Assembly (NCBI RefSeq): GCF_009834535.1 | Contig: NC_045697.1 | Span: 45,758,001-45,822,000, forward strand | DNA from: Camelus ferus | Taxonomy: Eukaryota | DNA length: 64,000 nt | Direction of reading: 5' to 3' | Shown: piece after piece, positions 14,701 to 27,990 of the stretch | Layout of the letters: each line of letters opens with the position of its first letter | How positions within the stretch are numbered: position 1 is the first letter of the stretch | The notes under the pieces: generated by a model | Databases searched by the model: none | Told to the model about the DNA's origin: nothing | The model's input: only the letters and a program-made list of their open reading frames with translations | Translations under genes and position numbers: made by a program

Positions 14701-14803
14701 TTTTTTAAAGAACTAAAACAAATAAGCCTAAAATTCATATGGAACCACAAAGGACCCCAAAATGCCAAAGCAATTTTGAGGAAAAAAAAAAGAATAAATC
14801 TGG
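11790..14803 (+). mobile_element. L1 fragment: end of ORF1, inter-ORF spacer and disrupted ORF2 (endonuclease to RT); no 5' UTR or 3' end
   Basis: ORF2 start near 12293 (atggcagtaaatacatac...aatgtcaatgga, MAVNTYL..NVNG). Endonuclease motif ctacaagagactcac (LQETH). RT motifs gatgcagaaaaagcatttgac (DAEKAFD) and gcagatgacatg (ADDM, 14296-14307). Many stops and frameshifts. Confidence 0.95.
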
Positions 14804-15194
14804 ATAAGTTTCTTCAACTATTGCAATCAAACATGATTTAATTAACTCAACATCAGCAAATGGTTTTCCTTGCTTAACTAACAAATGAATGACTCAGAAA
14901 GTAACAATGGCTGTATCTTCATTTTCATTTTTTACTTTTGTGAAGGAAGTCTGCTATGATGAGACATTTCATTTTAGTTTTTAAATTTTTCTAACTATTC
15001 TTTTCTTATGATTTGGGGTTATAATTGATGATTGCTTCATTTGGTAACGTAGATATACATTTTATTACTTTAGCACAACCACAGCGCCACCGCTTTGCCA
15101 ATGATGTGATATGACCATATATGTGGCACTTAAAAGACTACAGAATTATAATTGTGCCACTGTGATTGGAAGTGCAATGCAAAGTGATGACAGC

Positions 15195-15472
15195 ATAACA
15201 TATAGTTTCTGTGGTTGCTGCTCAACTTTGTTATTATGACATATAAACAGCCACAGGTGATACATAAACAGATGAGCATAAATAAAACTAATAAAACTTT
15301 ATTTATAGGCATTGAAATTTGAATATAATTTTGATGTGTCATGAAATATTACTCTTCTTTTGATTTTTTTCAACCATTTCAAAAGGTAAAAACCATTCTA
15401 GGCTTTGCAGGCATAGCAAAACCAACAGCAGGCCAGAATTGGCTGTCACGAGCCATAGTTTTCAAGCTCCTG
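15195..15472 (+). mobile_element. MER58B-like hAT-Charlie MITE (partial)
   Basis: aataaaactttatttat...gaaatattactcttcttttgatttttttcaaccattt...gcaggccagaattggc...gccatagttttcaagctcctg, ending in the right TIR. Confidence 0.75.
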
Positions 15473-15672
15473 TTCTACAGCTTAGGGTGTTTCATGTTTA
15501 AAGGCAAAACAGGGTGAGTTATTAATCAGGAATTTCATGTGTCATTATAATTCAGGTTAAATATGAATGGCACAGAATATTCATTGCAGAAATATCATTT
15601 TGCTTAAGCCTTGAGGTAAGATGCATGATAAAAGAATCAAACATCAAAATATCCCTTGACTCACTCCTTAAG

Positions 15673-15830
15673 GCAGTGTTCCTTGACACGTGATCCACGG
15701 AGCAAACGCCTTGGAAGGGGTGCTTATTATAAAGGCATATTCATGCCCCTCTAATTTTATTTCATTAGAAATCTATACTTTTCTTAAGCTATCCAGTTAA
15801 TTTTTGTGTATTAAGTTTAAGAACAACTTC
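15673..15830. mobile_element. MER5-like hAT MITE relic
   Basis: Degenerate TIRs cagtgttcct... and ...aagtttaagaacaact. Confidence 0.4.
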
Positions 15831-17169
15831 CTTAATATGGAAATATTTTGGTAGGTATTATAAGTGACCAAATCAATGTTTCATGGACATGGGTGAAACC
15901 CAAGAAGCCCATATGTGTATCTAATTATCTATAGACATGTTGTAAAAACTGACTGTGGCATTAACCTATTCAATAAATCTCATTCTAACGAACTGGTACT
16001 AGGACAAAGGAAAACTAGAAAACTCAGTCATACGTGCATGCTAAACATGCACACATAGTACACACACAGAGACATACACATTGACACAAAATCCTCTGTC
16101 CTACAGTAGGAAATAATTTAATGTATCTATAAAAGTTTTATAAATTTCTCCTTATAATTACTCAAGCTATAATTTGACATATGATTTCATCTATGATTAT
16201 CAGGAATTTGTATATGTTCATGTTGGGAAGATATTAGGAGAGAAGAGAATAATTGCAAATCTGATTTGAATTATGCTCTCCCTCAAAAACCCTTTGTTTT
16301 TGGCAAAATCTTTATTCTGTGAAACTTTGAAGCTTGTGCTGTCTAATGAAGCCAAGATTTAATATAAATAATTTTCATTTAATCCTTAGACAATACAAAA
16401 GTTCTGGAATATTCTCATTTGTCTTAATTAAAATTTTTTACATTTTAAGATATGTTCACACAAACCTAACTCCCAAATATAAGAAAAAATAAACTACATT
16501 TTTTAAGACATAGCACAGACCACATAGTAAAAAAGCCAGTAATGATGACACTTGTTCAAGGAATGCATCTGGGCATACTTGCTATGGAGAGCCTACATTC
16601 AAAGTCAAGATTATAAGAGAAGTATATTCTGAATTTTGATAATTCCATAGCAGCCTTTTAAACATAACATATACATGAACATATCTTAATGTAGGCACTT
16701 AAACACATGTGAGAAACTTGTACTCATCATTTAAAAAGCAAGAATTTTAATTTATTGCATAAACTATATTGAAGCAATAGTGAAAATGGTTAAAAACGAA
16801 AAACTATGCAAAATCCCACTATTTTAACAAATCAATATTATCCTGCCCCCAAATCAAAATGCACTCATTATTTTTACAGTTGCCAATCATTGTGGGGATA
16901 AAACTTTGTGTCTTTGAAAAAAAAGAATTTTCTGCATGGTCTCATTATCATCATTAAGGGTACTTATAGTAATGTCATTGAGTAGGTGAATTCTAATTAT
17001 ATTCAACAGTCTTCGAATGTTGGAAAGGAGGTTAATTACTGATTTCTTAACTTTAAAAATGTATTCTAACAAGAACTAACTAGAAAGAAACCATTCAAGT
17101 GTTCCTAATCATTAAGGGTAGATTGGGGTTAAGTAGGAGATAACTTTCCCTATTAGATTAATATACCAG

Positions 17170-17640
17170 TTGCTGTTGTCATAGGTCTTACTCAGCAGTT
17201 AGTACGGCACCAACTGTGAAACAGTCATTCACATCTCTTTTCTTCTTTTCACAGGCACACAGATAGATCACATTCTCAGCTTCATTTTTGATTAGCTTTG
17301 GCCACATAACGGAGTTCTGGGTAATAGAATGTTAGCACAATCCAACATGCAAGGATTCTACATTGCCTCATTAAACATCCTAGAAGCCAACTTCCACGAC
17401 CTTTCTTATTCTTTCATTGGAAGGAGACAGCTATAAAACCTGGGAATCCATGTCTTGAAGATGACAGGGACACCAATAACCTGGTTCTTAATTGACTAAG
17501 TGGGATGAAACTATCTCTTATTTTCCACTAAACTGAAAAAGTTCATGACTGTGTCTTGTGAGCAAGAAATAAACTTCTAGATGTTCGAGCAATTATAAAT
17601 GTTCTGGTCAATTTTTTTTACAATAGTTACTATTACTCTA
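17170..17640 (+). mobile_element. MaLR solo LTR (MLT1I/J-like)
   Basis: ggccacataacggagttctgggtaatagaatgt...tgtgagcaagaaataaacttct, with an MLT1-type polyA signal and 3' end. Confidence 0.65.
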
Positions 17641-20600
17641 TTATATAATATTTGGGGATATAGGTAAAAGAAGAGGTTGTACTTTCCCTCTTCTATCCAA
17701 GATAAAACTGCTAGCACTTTTGTCCCCCCAGTGCCTGCACCATTTTTGACTTCCTTGCCATTACCATATCGAGTTTCTATTTGAACCTGTAGTAGAGTCT
17801 AAAAACAATGTTTCTATGATCTCCTATCTATACCCAAACTGAGTGAACCTTATCTAGATTCTATCATCACATCTAAAATGGTAAAATAACCATTAAATCC
17901 TGTAGTCTTAGATCTTCTTAACTGACAACTCTGATAATGTAAAACCATGTATATCAACATTTTACAAAACAGAATGTATTAGAATGGAATGAAACCTCCA
18001 AAAGTTCTTGGTACATCTGCAGATATAATTCTATCTAGGACAGGTTAGTATTACATTAGATTGTTTTGGAAACCAATGTTTATCTATTTTATTAAAATTA
18101 AAGTCTTGAAGAAAGGCATGCTGCTTCTGCAATTTCAGGAATGTTTGATCTTTTGCCAACAATAACACTGACATGTAACTATGCCAATGATCTGCTATAC
18201 CTATCATGAACCTAATCATAAAATGTAACGGTACAGTATCATGCCTTATTCTTAAATGAACAAAATAGGAGATTCCTTAACTGCAACTTACATCAACTCT
18301 ATATGTATTTAATCTCAGCTAGGTCTTCAATTTAACTTTGCATTCCTTAAATTCAGCTGACAATCTATCTTATTTCCTATGATAGCCCTTCCAGAAATTT
18401 TCTACTCTTCTTAGGTGTCCACCTCCAATCCTGCATTTCTCATTTTCAGCAGTTATGTTACTGAGACAATGCAGAGCATCATAATAAGGTCACACAAATT
18501 CTTCACCTTTCACCTGTCTACACACATTTTCATCTATATGCTCTTCCTTACTTCCCAAAGCAGATGAATAACTTTCCAGCATCTCTTTGAAGCTTTATCA
18601 TACACTACATCCTAGACTCTAGATATACCCCCATCCTTACTCTTAATTCTTAATTTTTACCTCCTCCAGATTTTCTCTATGATGCTTCCTCATTTTTCCA
18701 GTACATACCATTTTCTCTTCCTCCTTATTAATTTATTTTCTCAGTCTAAAGCAAAATTCTATATATCCATAAAGATAAAAAGAATAAAGAAAGGAAATCT
18801 TCCTCAAGGACTCTCAATATTATTCCACCTTTCTCTTCTTTTTCACTAACAAACTTTTAGAAGGATAATCTACCTTTTCTGCTTCTTTCTCTTCCACAGC
18901 TACTGGCTTCTTAATTCATCTTAAACTAGATATATGAGGAGGTAGGCTGGATATTGTCAGCTGAAGATGGGCTAAGATAACCATGGAAGTAGGGGAGCAA
19001 AGGTAAGACAAAAGGACAATGTATTTGGAGGAAAGAATGCTTATCTTATTGGGTGGCTGTGGGGAAAGAGAGGGAAAAAGGGCTGGGGAAGTAGAAAATG
19101 ACAGAGTGTAAAGGGCCCTAAATTTCAACATCTATGCAGCATATTCCCAAGTAGTTTCATTGTAGTTATTTTTATCTAAATAATTATTTCACAACCTCTA
19201 AAACCACCAAAATATGACAATACACTTTAAATTCAGGAAAATGGGTAAGTAAGGGACCTGAGTTACTCTTTTGGGTCCCACATCCCTGTCTTTTGCTATA
19301 TCCTGTCGCTTATTTCTTGGTATTGTATTCTTCTGCCTTTAGACCAAATCTAATTATCAATGTCCTTATCACATTATGACAATTCAGTTTTCTTTGCCAC
19401 TATCAGAACACTCATTTTCATGTATTTCATGTAATATATAAAATACACTGAAGAGAAATCGGAGACTATAAGTAAGCCATTAATATGGGATATTCTGGTT
19501 AAAAGAATGAGAAATAACTATTTACTATCACTTCCAATATTTCTTATGGGCTTCTTGAGAGATGATTCTCCCATAAGATTACTGTGACTATAATGGGGAG
19601 CTTATTGAACCAATAATTCAGTCTTGCAAATAGATTTGCTCTTTTAGGAATTAATTACATACAATTGTCACTGTTCTGTTGAGCTTCCTCAGAGAGTTCT
19701 GGTGTGTAATGGTTTTCAGATGCCTGTTGAAGCAAAGTCCATGGACTGACCTGATATGTGCATACCTGCAGGAACTGACTGATTGATTTTCAACTTAATG
19801 ATTTTTCTCTGTATTCCAGATACTGTTCTATATGCTTTAACATTAATTAACTTATTTAATTTTTAAAATATGAAAAGTGGCTCAGAGAAGCCTAGGGTTT
19901 GAGCTAAAGTGTAAGAGACAGGATCTACCCAGGCAGATGAGCACCTGGCCCATACTCTTTTCATCACATCATTTGGGCCTTTCCTAAGGCACCAAAAGCT
20001 GCCACTTCTATGTACAACCTATCCCAAGTATGTTAATCCCAGTAAAAATAGTTCATGTGGACAACAGAGGCTAGGAGTATCTTCACAAAAAATGTCATAA
20101 TTTAAGGGAAAGTGACCTGAGAAAAGAGATGTTCTATTTTCTCTCAATAACAAGCAAACTTGTGTATTTTAGTTTACCTGGTTTTCAGATTAGAAAGCCA
20201 GTGATATTGCTCTGCAATAACTAAACAGAAATTGATCATTTTTCTAGATGGAACTGAAGGACTAAGATTATTTATGCACTGTCGATTACAGGAGGACATG
20301 TGGGCAGCAATAGTGAATTAGAGTTTTCTCACAGAGAAGAGAGGGGCAGAGACCAGAGAAAATTCCACAAGCATTTCTGTACATTTCTATAGATAATTCA
20401 ATTTTGTTTATAGGTATTAATTTCCCAGAGTTTAACTTAAACTCAGTCTTACTGCTCTTAATTTTCATCCTTGGTAACAAGAAAGGTACTATTATTCTGT
20501 ACAGAAGGACTAAAGAGATGCTGATTATCAGTATCAATTCCATAATCTAAAGACTACACTAACAATTCATTGTCTTTAAGGATATGTATACGGCAAGCTA

Positions 20601-23144
20601 GATTATTCTTTCATTATATCTTCCAGAAATTGACATTTTCTCTAAGGTCACAGAATGTTAGTTATAGACAGCAGTAGGTCAGCAGATCCAGGTCCAATCA
20701 AAGACAGTCATTGGTGAAAAGGTTTCAGTTTAATGAACTAGAAAGCTATGTTGATTGGTATTAACTTGAAGCAACCCAAGACCTATTAACTTCTTTGTTA
20801 GGTAGACATACATTGTGTTTATGTTAAGGGGCAGAAGTAGATTCCTCTCCAGTCCCACTAAGTCGAGATAGGTCATGGAACGTGAAATAGACGTAAGTCG
20901 GAAAAAGACAGCTGAGCATATACTGAGCTGGAGGCTGATCTAACTATGAAGGATGGTATTAACACAGTTTATTTCCATAATATATTTCCAGAAAGTTAAG
21001 CATTTTTTTCTTCCATTTTGTCAATTTTTCCAAGGTTAGTACCCAAATGCTCCGTGAATCAGAACACAGACTCAATTGGAACAGTTTCCAGTTTATCTGA
21101 TGAGGCATGTTTGTTTTATGATACAAGATTTTAAACCCCACTAGCAATTAACTAGGATGAAATGCTTAATATAGGCAAACTTAATGCAGACTTTATATGT
21201 TTATTCTAAAAAATATAAAATGTAAAATATTTGCAGAGATGCATTTCTTTCTTACTTAGCAGACACAGTGAGGCGAAATGGCCAGGAAAAAAATACTCCA
21301 TAAAATTCCAGAATTTACCCAAGTAGCAATAACTTAAAAAGGGACAAATAAAAGTAGTTGTATGGCCTTATCTGAGTACAGTTTTCTAGAATGACCTCAT
21401 ATCCACCACAGACATGCAGATTAGCCTGCACTGATGCCAACATTTCAGACATTTGGTAAGATATTTATCTCCATTCCACTAAGAGACAGCTTAGTGCTGT
21501 ATATAAAAGCACAGAAATAATTTATTTCTTTAGCGCTTCCAGGAGAAAGTTTCTGTGCCATACGTTTTTTAAATTGATAAATGTCTTTTTAACAGAAGGC
21601 GAAAAAGGAATAAACCAAATATGGATTCATGAAATGTATGTAAAGAGTTTCTGAAAAATGGATATTTACAAACATTGAAATACATCCTCTCCACTGTGTT
21701 AAGCAAAAGAAAATACAAAGTATGTCATGAGAATGTCCCAACCTTGTGATTAACTTGAGTAATTGAAAAAGGCTGAGAAGATTTCTGAAAGGCCATTATA
21801 AAAATAAATCTATTTATGCATCTCCTCAAGCACCACTGTAGAGTTTTTCCACTCCACCTCATTCTCCCACCTGTTTGGAAAGATATGTCCTGGCAGTGTG
21901 TCTAGAACCTAATATCATTCCTAACCACATACAAATTGAATTCCAGCCTCATAGCATCAAATCTCTGGGGAATAAAATCTGGCCACATACAAAGAACACA
22001 AAGTGTTCCTTAACAAGATGGCAGGTATTTGGCACATGAATCAGGTTTTGTTTAAACAAGCTGATTAGCAGTATCACGCTGGCAAGTTCATTGTTTATAA
22101 TCATTCTATTTCATTTGCCTATAAAAAGTAGAAGCACACATTCCGTTTTATAAGCCTAGTATGAATCAATAGGGATTTTTTTTTCTCTCGAGTAAATACT
22201 GGATAGCTAAAACAAGGGGTGGAAAGATAATTTAAGTACAAGGGATTTTAAAGCCCACCAACATTGCTGTAAGGAGAAGGTTCTGCTAACAATTACCCCA
22301 TTAACCACATTCAAACTATTGTGGAAAAAAATAGACACACCAGTAAATCTCACTGTATTTCCTGCCTAAAATCAGTGTAGATAAATGAACATCTAGGACT
22401 ACTACTTTTAAATATCACTTTCAGATCCTCCTTGCCAAAGGAGTCTTACCACCTTCTCAAGAGAACTAACACATTTAGGTATTTTTGAAAAAGTACAAGT
22501 CAGTTAAACTTGTTTGATGACTAGCGTTTGACAACTGAATATTAGGATTTAACATTTTAATATAAATCATGTCATTTTTATTTTCACAGAGGCCAAGGTA
22601 TGAGAAATCTGCTTTCTTTTTTTTTTTAAATATAACATTTATTGCTTAGATGGTTTGATACAGAACAGGTTTTCTTCTCATTTTGAATTTGGAAGTACTA
22701 TACAACTGAATACAAAAGAGGAACGAAAGTACCGAAAATGAATGTGTGATTCTCTGTTCATGTGGCATAAACCAGTCTTGTACATAACATTTAGCAGCAG
22801 TTTTTAAGCTCCCTTTAGAAAAATATGAATTCTACACATTTATTATTGTTTCCTGTTTAATGCATGGGCTGAAATCTCTAGGATCAACTTCCTTCTGGAG
22901 GAAAGAGAGGAACAGAGGGTGGAAAGAACGGTGAATCTTTCTGAAACCAGCATCTGACTGTCATGTAGCTTACCCAGGGGGGAAATCTGCTTTCTATATC
23001 CTCTCAGGCATTTAATATCTTCCTTTCTAACCCAACCCAAAGATTCTTAAACCATATCCTCAACTGTCTGATGTCCCTGATTTTCCATTTTTGGTCTCAT
23101 TTCTGACCCCTCCTATTGTTCTTAGAACATTTTTTACTCCAAGT

Positions 23145-23350
23145 ATGAGAGGCAGAACAGTACAGTGCTTAGAGACATGAACTTGGGTACCAAGTGGTCC
23201 TGGGTGCAAGGCTACACACTCCAGCTTACTCTCAAACTCCAAGCTTCCACATCCAGAACCCATCTTGCTTGGTTCTGAAGGTCCAGAGAGATAATGTGTG
23301 TAAGTGCATAGAACAGTGGCTGACACAAAACAAATATGTCTTTTCAGTAG
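23145..23350 (+). mobile_element. MIR SINE
   Basis: gaggcagaacagtacagtgcttagagacatg...gagataatgtgtgtaagtgcatagaacagtggctgacaca. Confidence 0.65.
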
Positions 23351-23517
23351 TAAATAATTAATATTAGTTTTAATTTAGATTTTTATTAAATATTTTTCTT
23401 TCCTTGCCCTCTCTGGCTTCTTAGAAGCTCAGTCTACAAATATATAAAATCTATTCTATTTCTATTTAAAATATTTTAAAATTCTATTAAAAATTTTTTT
23501 TACTAAAAGAATTCTCC

Positions 23518-23861
23518 TGAGTGATTGCCAAGATGGTGGAGAAGGATGCATAGCTTACCCTCTCCCATGAATATACCAAAAACTACATCTACATATGGAA
23601 CAATTCACCCTGAATACCTACTGAACTTTGGCAGAATATCTCTTACATTGGAAATACAAGGAGAAGCCTCACAAAAGCAGATAAACAAGTTTCTACTGTA
23701 CAGAACAAGGAACTATAGTTAACATCTTGTAGTAATCTATAATGAAAAAGAATATAAAAAGAAATATACATATGTATATGGATGACTGAAACATACTTCA
23801 CACCAGAAATTGACACAACATTGTCAGCTCACTATACTTCAATAAAAAAAATTTTTTTTTA
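23518..23861 (+). mobile_element. Bipartite non-autonomous L1-derived element: ~155 bp of L1 5' end fused to ~180 bp of L1 3' end, with A tail and TSD
   Basis: Starts with caagatggtggag (L1 5'-terminal motif). From ~23673 it is homologous to the L1 tail at 45930-46110. Ends cttcaataaaaaaaa. Flanked by aattctcc (23510-23517 and 23862-23869). Confidence 0.75.
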
Positions 23862-24264
23862 AATTCTCCGTCTCTCTAGCTACTGCCATACATAGTTTTC
23901 TCTCATTTACAACTTCTTGAACAAATATGCCAAACCTCTTGTCACCACATTCTCATTTTATTTATTCCTGAATGCACTGGTTTCCGTTTAGTTCCCCAAA
24001 CCTAGCAAAATTTTAGAAGGCAGTTTTTCCTATTCATGTTCTTCTAGCCAGAGCCCTTGCTAGGACTACAGGCTCATCTTCTGGCTGTACGTCTCTACCT
24101 GGATATATGACTGGCACCTCAGACTCAGTAATGTTAAATTAAAACACTGCCTTAGTTTTCAAGTATGTTTTGCCTCTTCTATTGCCCGTTCCAACTAGGG
24201 GCACCACTACCATCCATTTGATAGTATTAAAATAACAACAAGCATTATCTTAACCACAAACTAT

Positions 24265-24492
24265 AAAAGTAATAACTAAAGCTATCTGAATGTCTCCTCT
24301 GTGCCAAGCATTGTTCCAAGTATTTACAAACATTAACTCACTTAGTGGTCCAAAAAATCCTAGGAAGTAATTACTACCTATATCTAATGAAAAAGCAGGC
24401 CTAAGTAACTTGTACAAGGTCACACAGCTAGGAAGTAGTAAAACCAGGTATTCTGCCTTTGGAGCCTATGCATTTAACCACTTTACTCTACT
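24265..24492 (-). mobile_element. MIR SINE within an L2 relic
   Basis: tgtgccaagcattgttccaag...aagtaacttgtacaaggtcacacagctaggaag...ggagcctatgcatttaacca. Confidence 0.7.
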
Positions 24493-26349
24493 GATCTCAG
24501 CTTGGAAGCCAGAAAGATGAAAGTCACCTTTAACTTCTCAATTTCCTTCACTTCTTTTATTGGGGTAATATACCAAATTCTGCTCATTTTAGTTCGTATA
24601 TACCTAACAAATCTCTTCATGTTTTCATTTCATCTCACCTGTATGATTACTACATTCTTTGCTTCTAGTTCTTTCCAATGCATCTACCCTAATCCCACCA
24701 AAAGGATCTATCTAAAATTAAATTCTGATGGCTTCCTTCCCTGCTTCAGTGGTTCCCAATGACTTTGAAGATTAACAACTAAGTTTTACCTCTTCAATGC
24801 CAACTCTTGTCACTTTCATCCACACATATAACTGAGGATCCCAAACTGAGTACAGGCTGTGTCCAGAGCTTAAGTTCAGGCAAGTGTGATAACCTAGCAG
24901 TCTGCTGAGCTATGAACTTTAGGAATTTTCTGGGAGAATTTAAATCTAGGGACAAAGAAACAAACAAACTTATAAAACCAAAAACTAGCCAAAAAATGGC
25001 ATAAGGGATTAGGAGTCAACGTAAGTTTGAAAGATAGCACAATGAGTTAAATTTTGGAAAATATGAATTTGAGGAGCCAGTGACAAATCCTTGTGGCAAT
25101 GTACAGCAAATAAACTTGTGCTAGTAACAAAGCTCTGGTTACCAGAGGTAAGGAGTTATTTCAAATGTATCACATTGACCACCTCTTCAACTGTTCTCTG
25201 GTACTTAACTACCAGTAACAATTGAAGAGACTGTAAAATACTAGCTACCAGCATTTCTTGGGACTAATAAAGTGCAAGTCGGAGGAGAGAAAGTCACCTT
25301 CCCATTGCCAATTTTGCCATAGATTGCTTCCCATCGTGGGCACTATGGGGATTCAGAGTGTTTCTGGTACTGCCTGGTGAAACAGTAATTGTGCTTTCTG
25401 AATCTGGAAGAAATGTGGCAATAGGTTGGGAATTGTGGGGTCTGGTAAAGCAGCCATAGGTAACATGGTATCTGTTGGAGCAGCAATGAAGTGCTGTAGA
25501 GTGAAATGTTGACAGGCCACCCACGGTCCAGTAGGGAGCCTGCCCTGCCTAACAGAGCACATGGAGAACCTATTTGGAACCAAGATTTTTATAAAAACAT
25601 TTGAGATGATATTGACTAATCTCAGATATAACTAGGTTACTGGTGTTGGGGGGTGTATCAATTATATCCCTCTGAAGTCTGGGAACCTAAAGTATTTACT
25701 GTAAAGGAGGAAGAAGTTGCAAAATTTAAGTATCACTCTTAAATGACTTATTTGGCACCAATAAACTCATAGGGACTAAGGAAATTCAAATTGTGCCAGA
25801 TATATTAAACATTTAGTAATTTTTCAAATAAACTTGACCTGCTTAGTGTTCTGACTTATCTGTGTTGGAATCATTTTGCAGCATATGTTGTGAGGTCTCT
25901 GAAGCTAATGATCATCTAACCTAAAAGAGTGCTTTTAGTACATAGTAGGTGCCTAAAAAATATTTACTAGATTGAGTAAAAGTTGAGGAAAAAAGTCCAA
26001 TTAATTTAACTTACCAAGCAATTCAAATGTCTTAGAATCATTGTATTTCTTTATACATTCTTTTTTATTTTTGCCAGGAACTCATTTATTATTAAGGTTA
26101 TCACTTATTAATAAGAACTCTTCTGTTTTTGTCCTTTATAATATTATATTAAAGTTGATAACTGTTACTAGTATTTTTGAAATATCTGTATATACATTCT
26201 TTTATTTATTCAAAAAGCATTCATTGACTGCTAGGCACTGGGCTAGATTCTAGAGATGTAATGGTACAAAAGAAAATTTTTGTCCTCAAGGAGTCTACTG
26301 TGATAGAAGTAAAGGCAACTGTAAATTTGGGGTACTTACTACAGGATAG

Positions 26350-26515
26350 ACACAATGTTAGTGTCTATAAATGAATTATTTTATTTACTTCTCACAAAAA
26401 TAATGATGAAATTTGGAATATATTCCCCATTTTAAGAAGTGGTCCCTCAAAGATTAAAGTGATTTGCCAAAGTCACACAGTTAGGAAGTTACAGAGCCAG
26501 AATTTCAATTTTGGG
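26350..26515 (-). mobile_element. MIR SINE
   Basis: ccccattttaag...gattaaagtgatttgccaaagtcacacagttaggaagt...agagccagaattt. Confidence 0.6.
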
Positions 26516-27559
26516 GTCTATGTTGGGTCAGTGCTACTATTCCTCAATCTTTCATCATTCAGCTATGACACTGACAATTTCTGTCGTATCAGGTATGACC
26601 TCCAATTAAATATTACTTGTCTAAAGCAATGATGTCTACGAAATCCTTAGTTTGATTTGTTACTTCCTTTCTTTCATAATATACAATAAATATTTGTATC
26701 AAAATAAAAAGTTTGTCCTCATACTACCACAAATCATCTTGAGTGTCACTTTGTATGGACATAGTGTGCTGTGTCATGTGACTTCATGTGAAACTGGAGG
26801 GCCAAAGGGAAGCCAGGTGGTAGCGGCCATAAATCTTGTTCTTGTCTGCCCTCATGGTGAGAAATCTAATTGTTATGATCCATGCTTCCCTTTCACTACA
26901 GTCCAAAGTCACGATTCAACAAAACTAAGAGGTGTCCATGATCCTTCCCAGGGAGTGGCTCCCAACTATTGTCACCCAATGTCACTGCTGAGGTTTAGCC
27001 TAAATTGGGTAGGTTTATAACAACAAGTCCAAAAGGCCACGGGCCACTTGATTCTTGTTTCAGTCTATCTTTTGCAGTTGTGGTTTGTCCTGTTTATTTA
27101 TTTGTTTGTTTGGAGATGAAACTAGTCATGGCTCCTGTACTTGTCTGAATAGACTTAGAAAGGTGAAGCAATAGGGCTCCATTACAAGCAGTGGCAGGAA
27201 TTAAAAAGATAACAAAAACAGTGACTAGTAAAAACATGTCTGCTTCTAAAATTACCTCCAAACCTTAGATTATCCTCTAAAGAAATTTTTATAATTATAT
27301 ATATAATTTTATAAAGAACTCATTCTCTTCAAGGTCCCATTTAACCAGGATCTCCAGTCCTGAGATAGATCATTTTTCTGAGAACTAGAAAAGGCTCTTT
27401 AAGGAATGACTAATTTTTAAAGATTTAAGTACTCTGGTTAAAATCCTTATAAAAGCATTAGTCCTTCCTATGTCTCAGGAGTCCTGAACTTCACATCATC
27501 TTCTCCACTGACACAACAGAAAATCATCCAAATTGCTTCTCTTCACAAAAGGTCACACA

Positions 27560-27990
27560 TGATTTGTGTCTGGCTACCCGCTCCCACCCTCATCTCATAC
27601 TGCTCCTCCCCGCACACACAGAATCCAAGCACGTTGGCCTTCTTACCCTTCTTCGTACACGTTAAGCTCATTTATGCCTCAAGGTCTTCACACTTACTGT
27701 TCCTTCTGTCTGGGACACTTTCAGCAGTTCTTCCCTTTGCTCATCGAGCCATTCAGCCCTCACCTCAATTGTCACCATCTCAGACAAGCCCTTCATAACC
27801 ACCTTTTGAAATTCTTTATCATCTACCTTGTTTTTATACACTTTTGCGTTTATCTCATGAAATGATTGAGTTTATTTTTATTTATATGCTTATTGTCTCT
27901 CTTCCCTAATTGAACATAAATTATATAGAAACAGGGACTTGGTTTTATCCTCTACTCTACATCTTCAATGTCTATATCCTTATTCACTGT
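27560..27990 (+). mobile_element. L2 3' region
   Basis: cctcaaggtcttcacacttactgttccttctgtctgggacac...tgtcaccatctcagacaagccc...gcttattgtctctcttccc...acagggacttgg. Confidence 0.65.

Noticed and set aside
1045..25403. A phase-consistent chain of five minus-strand candidate exons (25298-25403, 21256-21332, 20178-20220, 6931-6975, 1045-1111)
   Set aside because: The joined peptide resembles no protein I know. With many cryptic AG/GT pairs available, such a chain is easy to build by chance.
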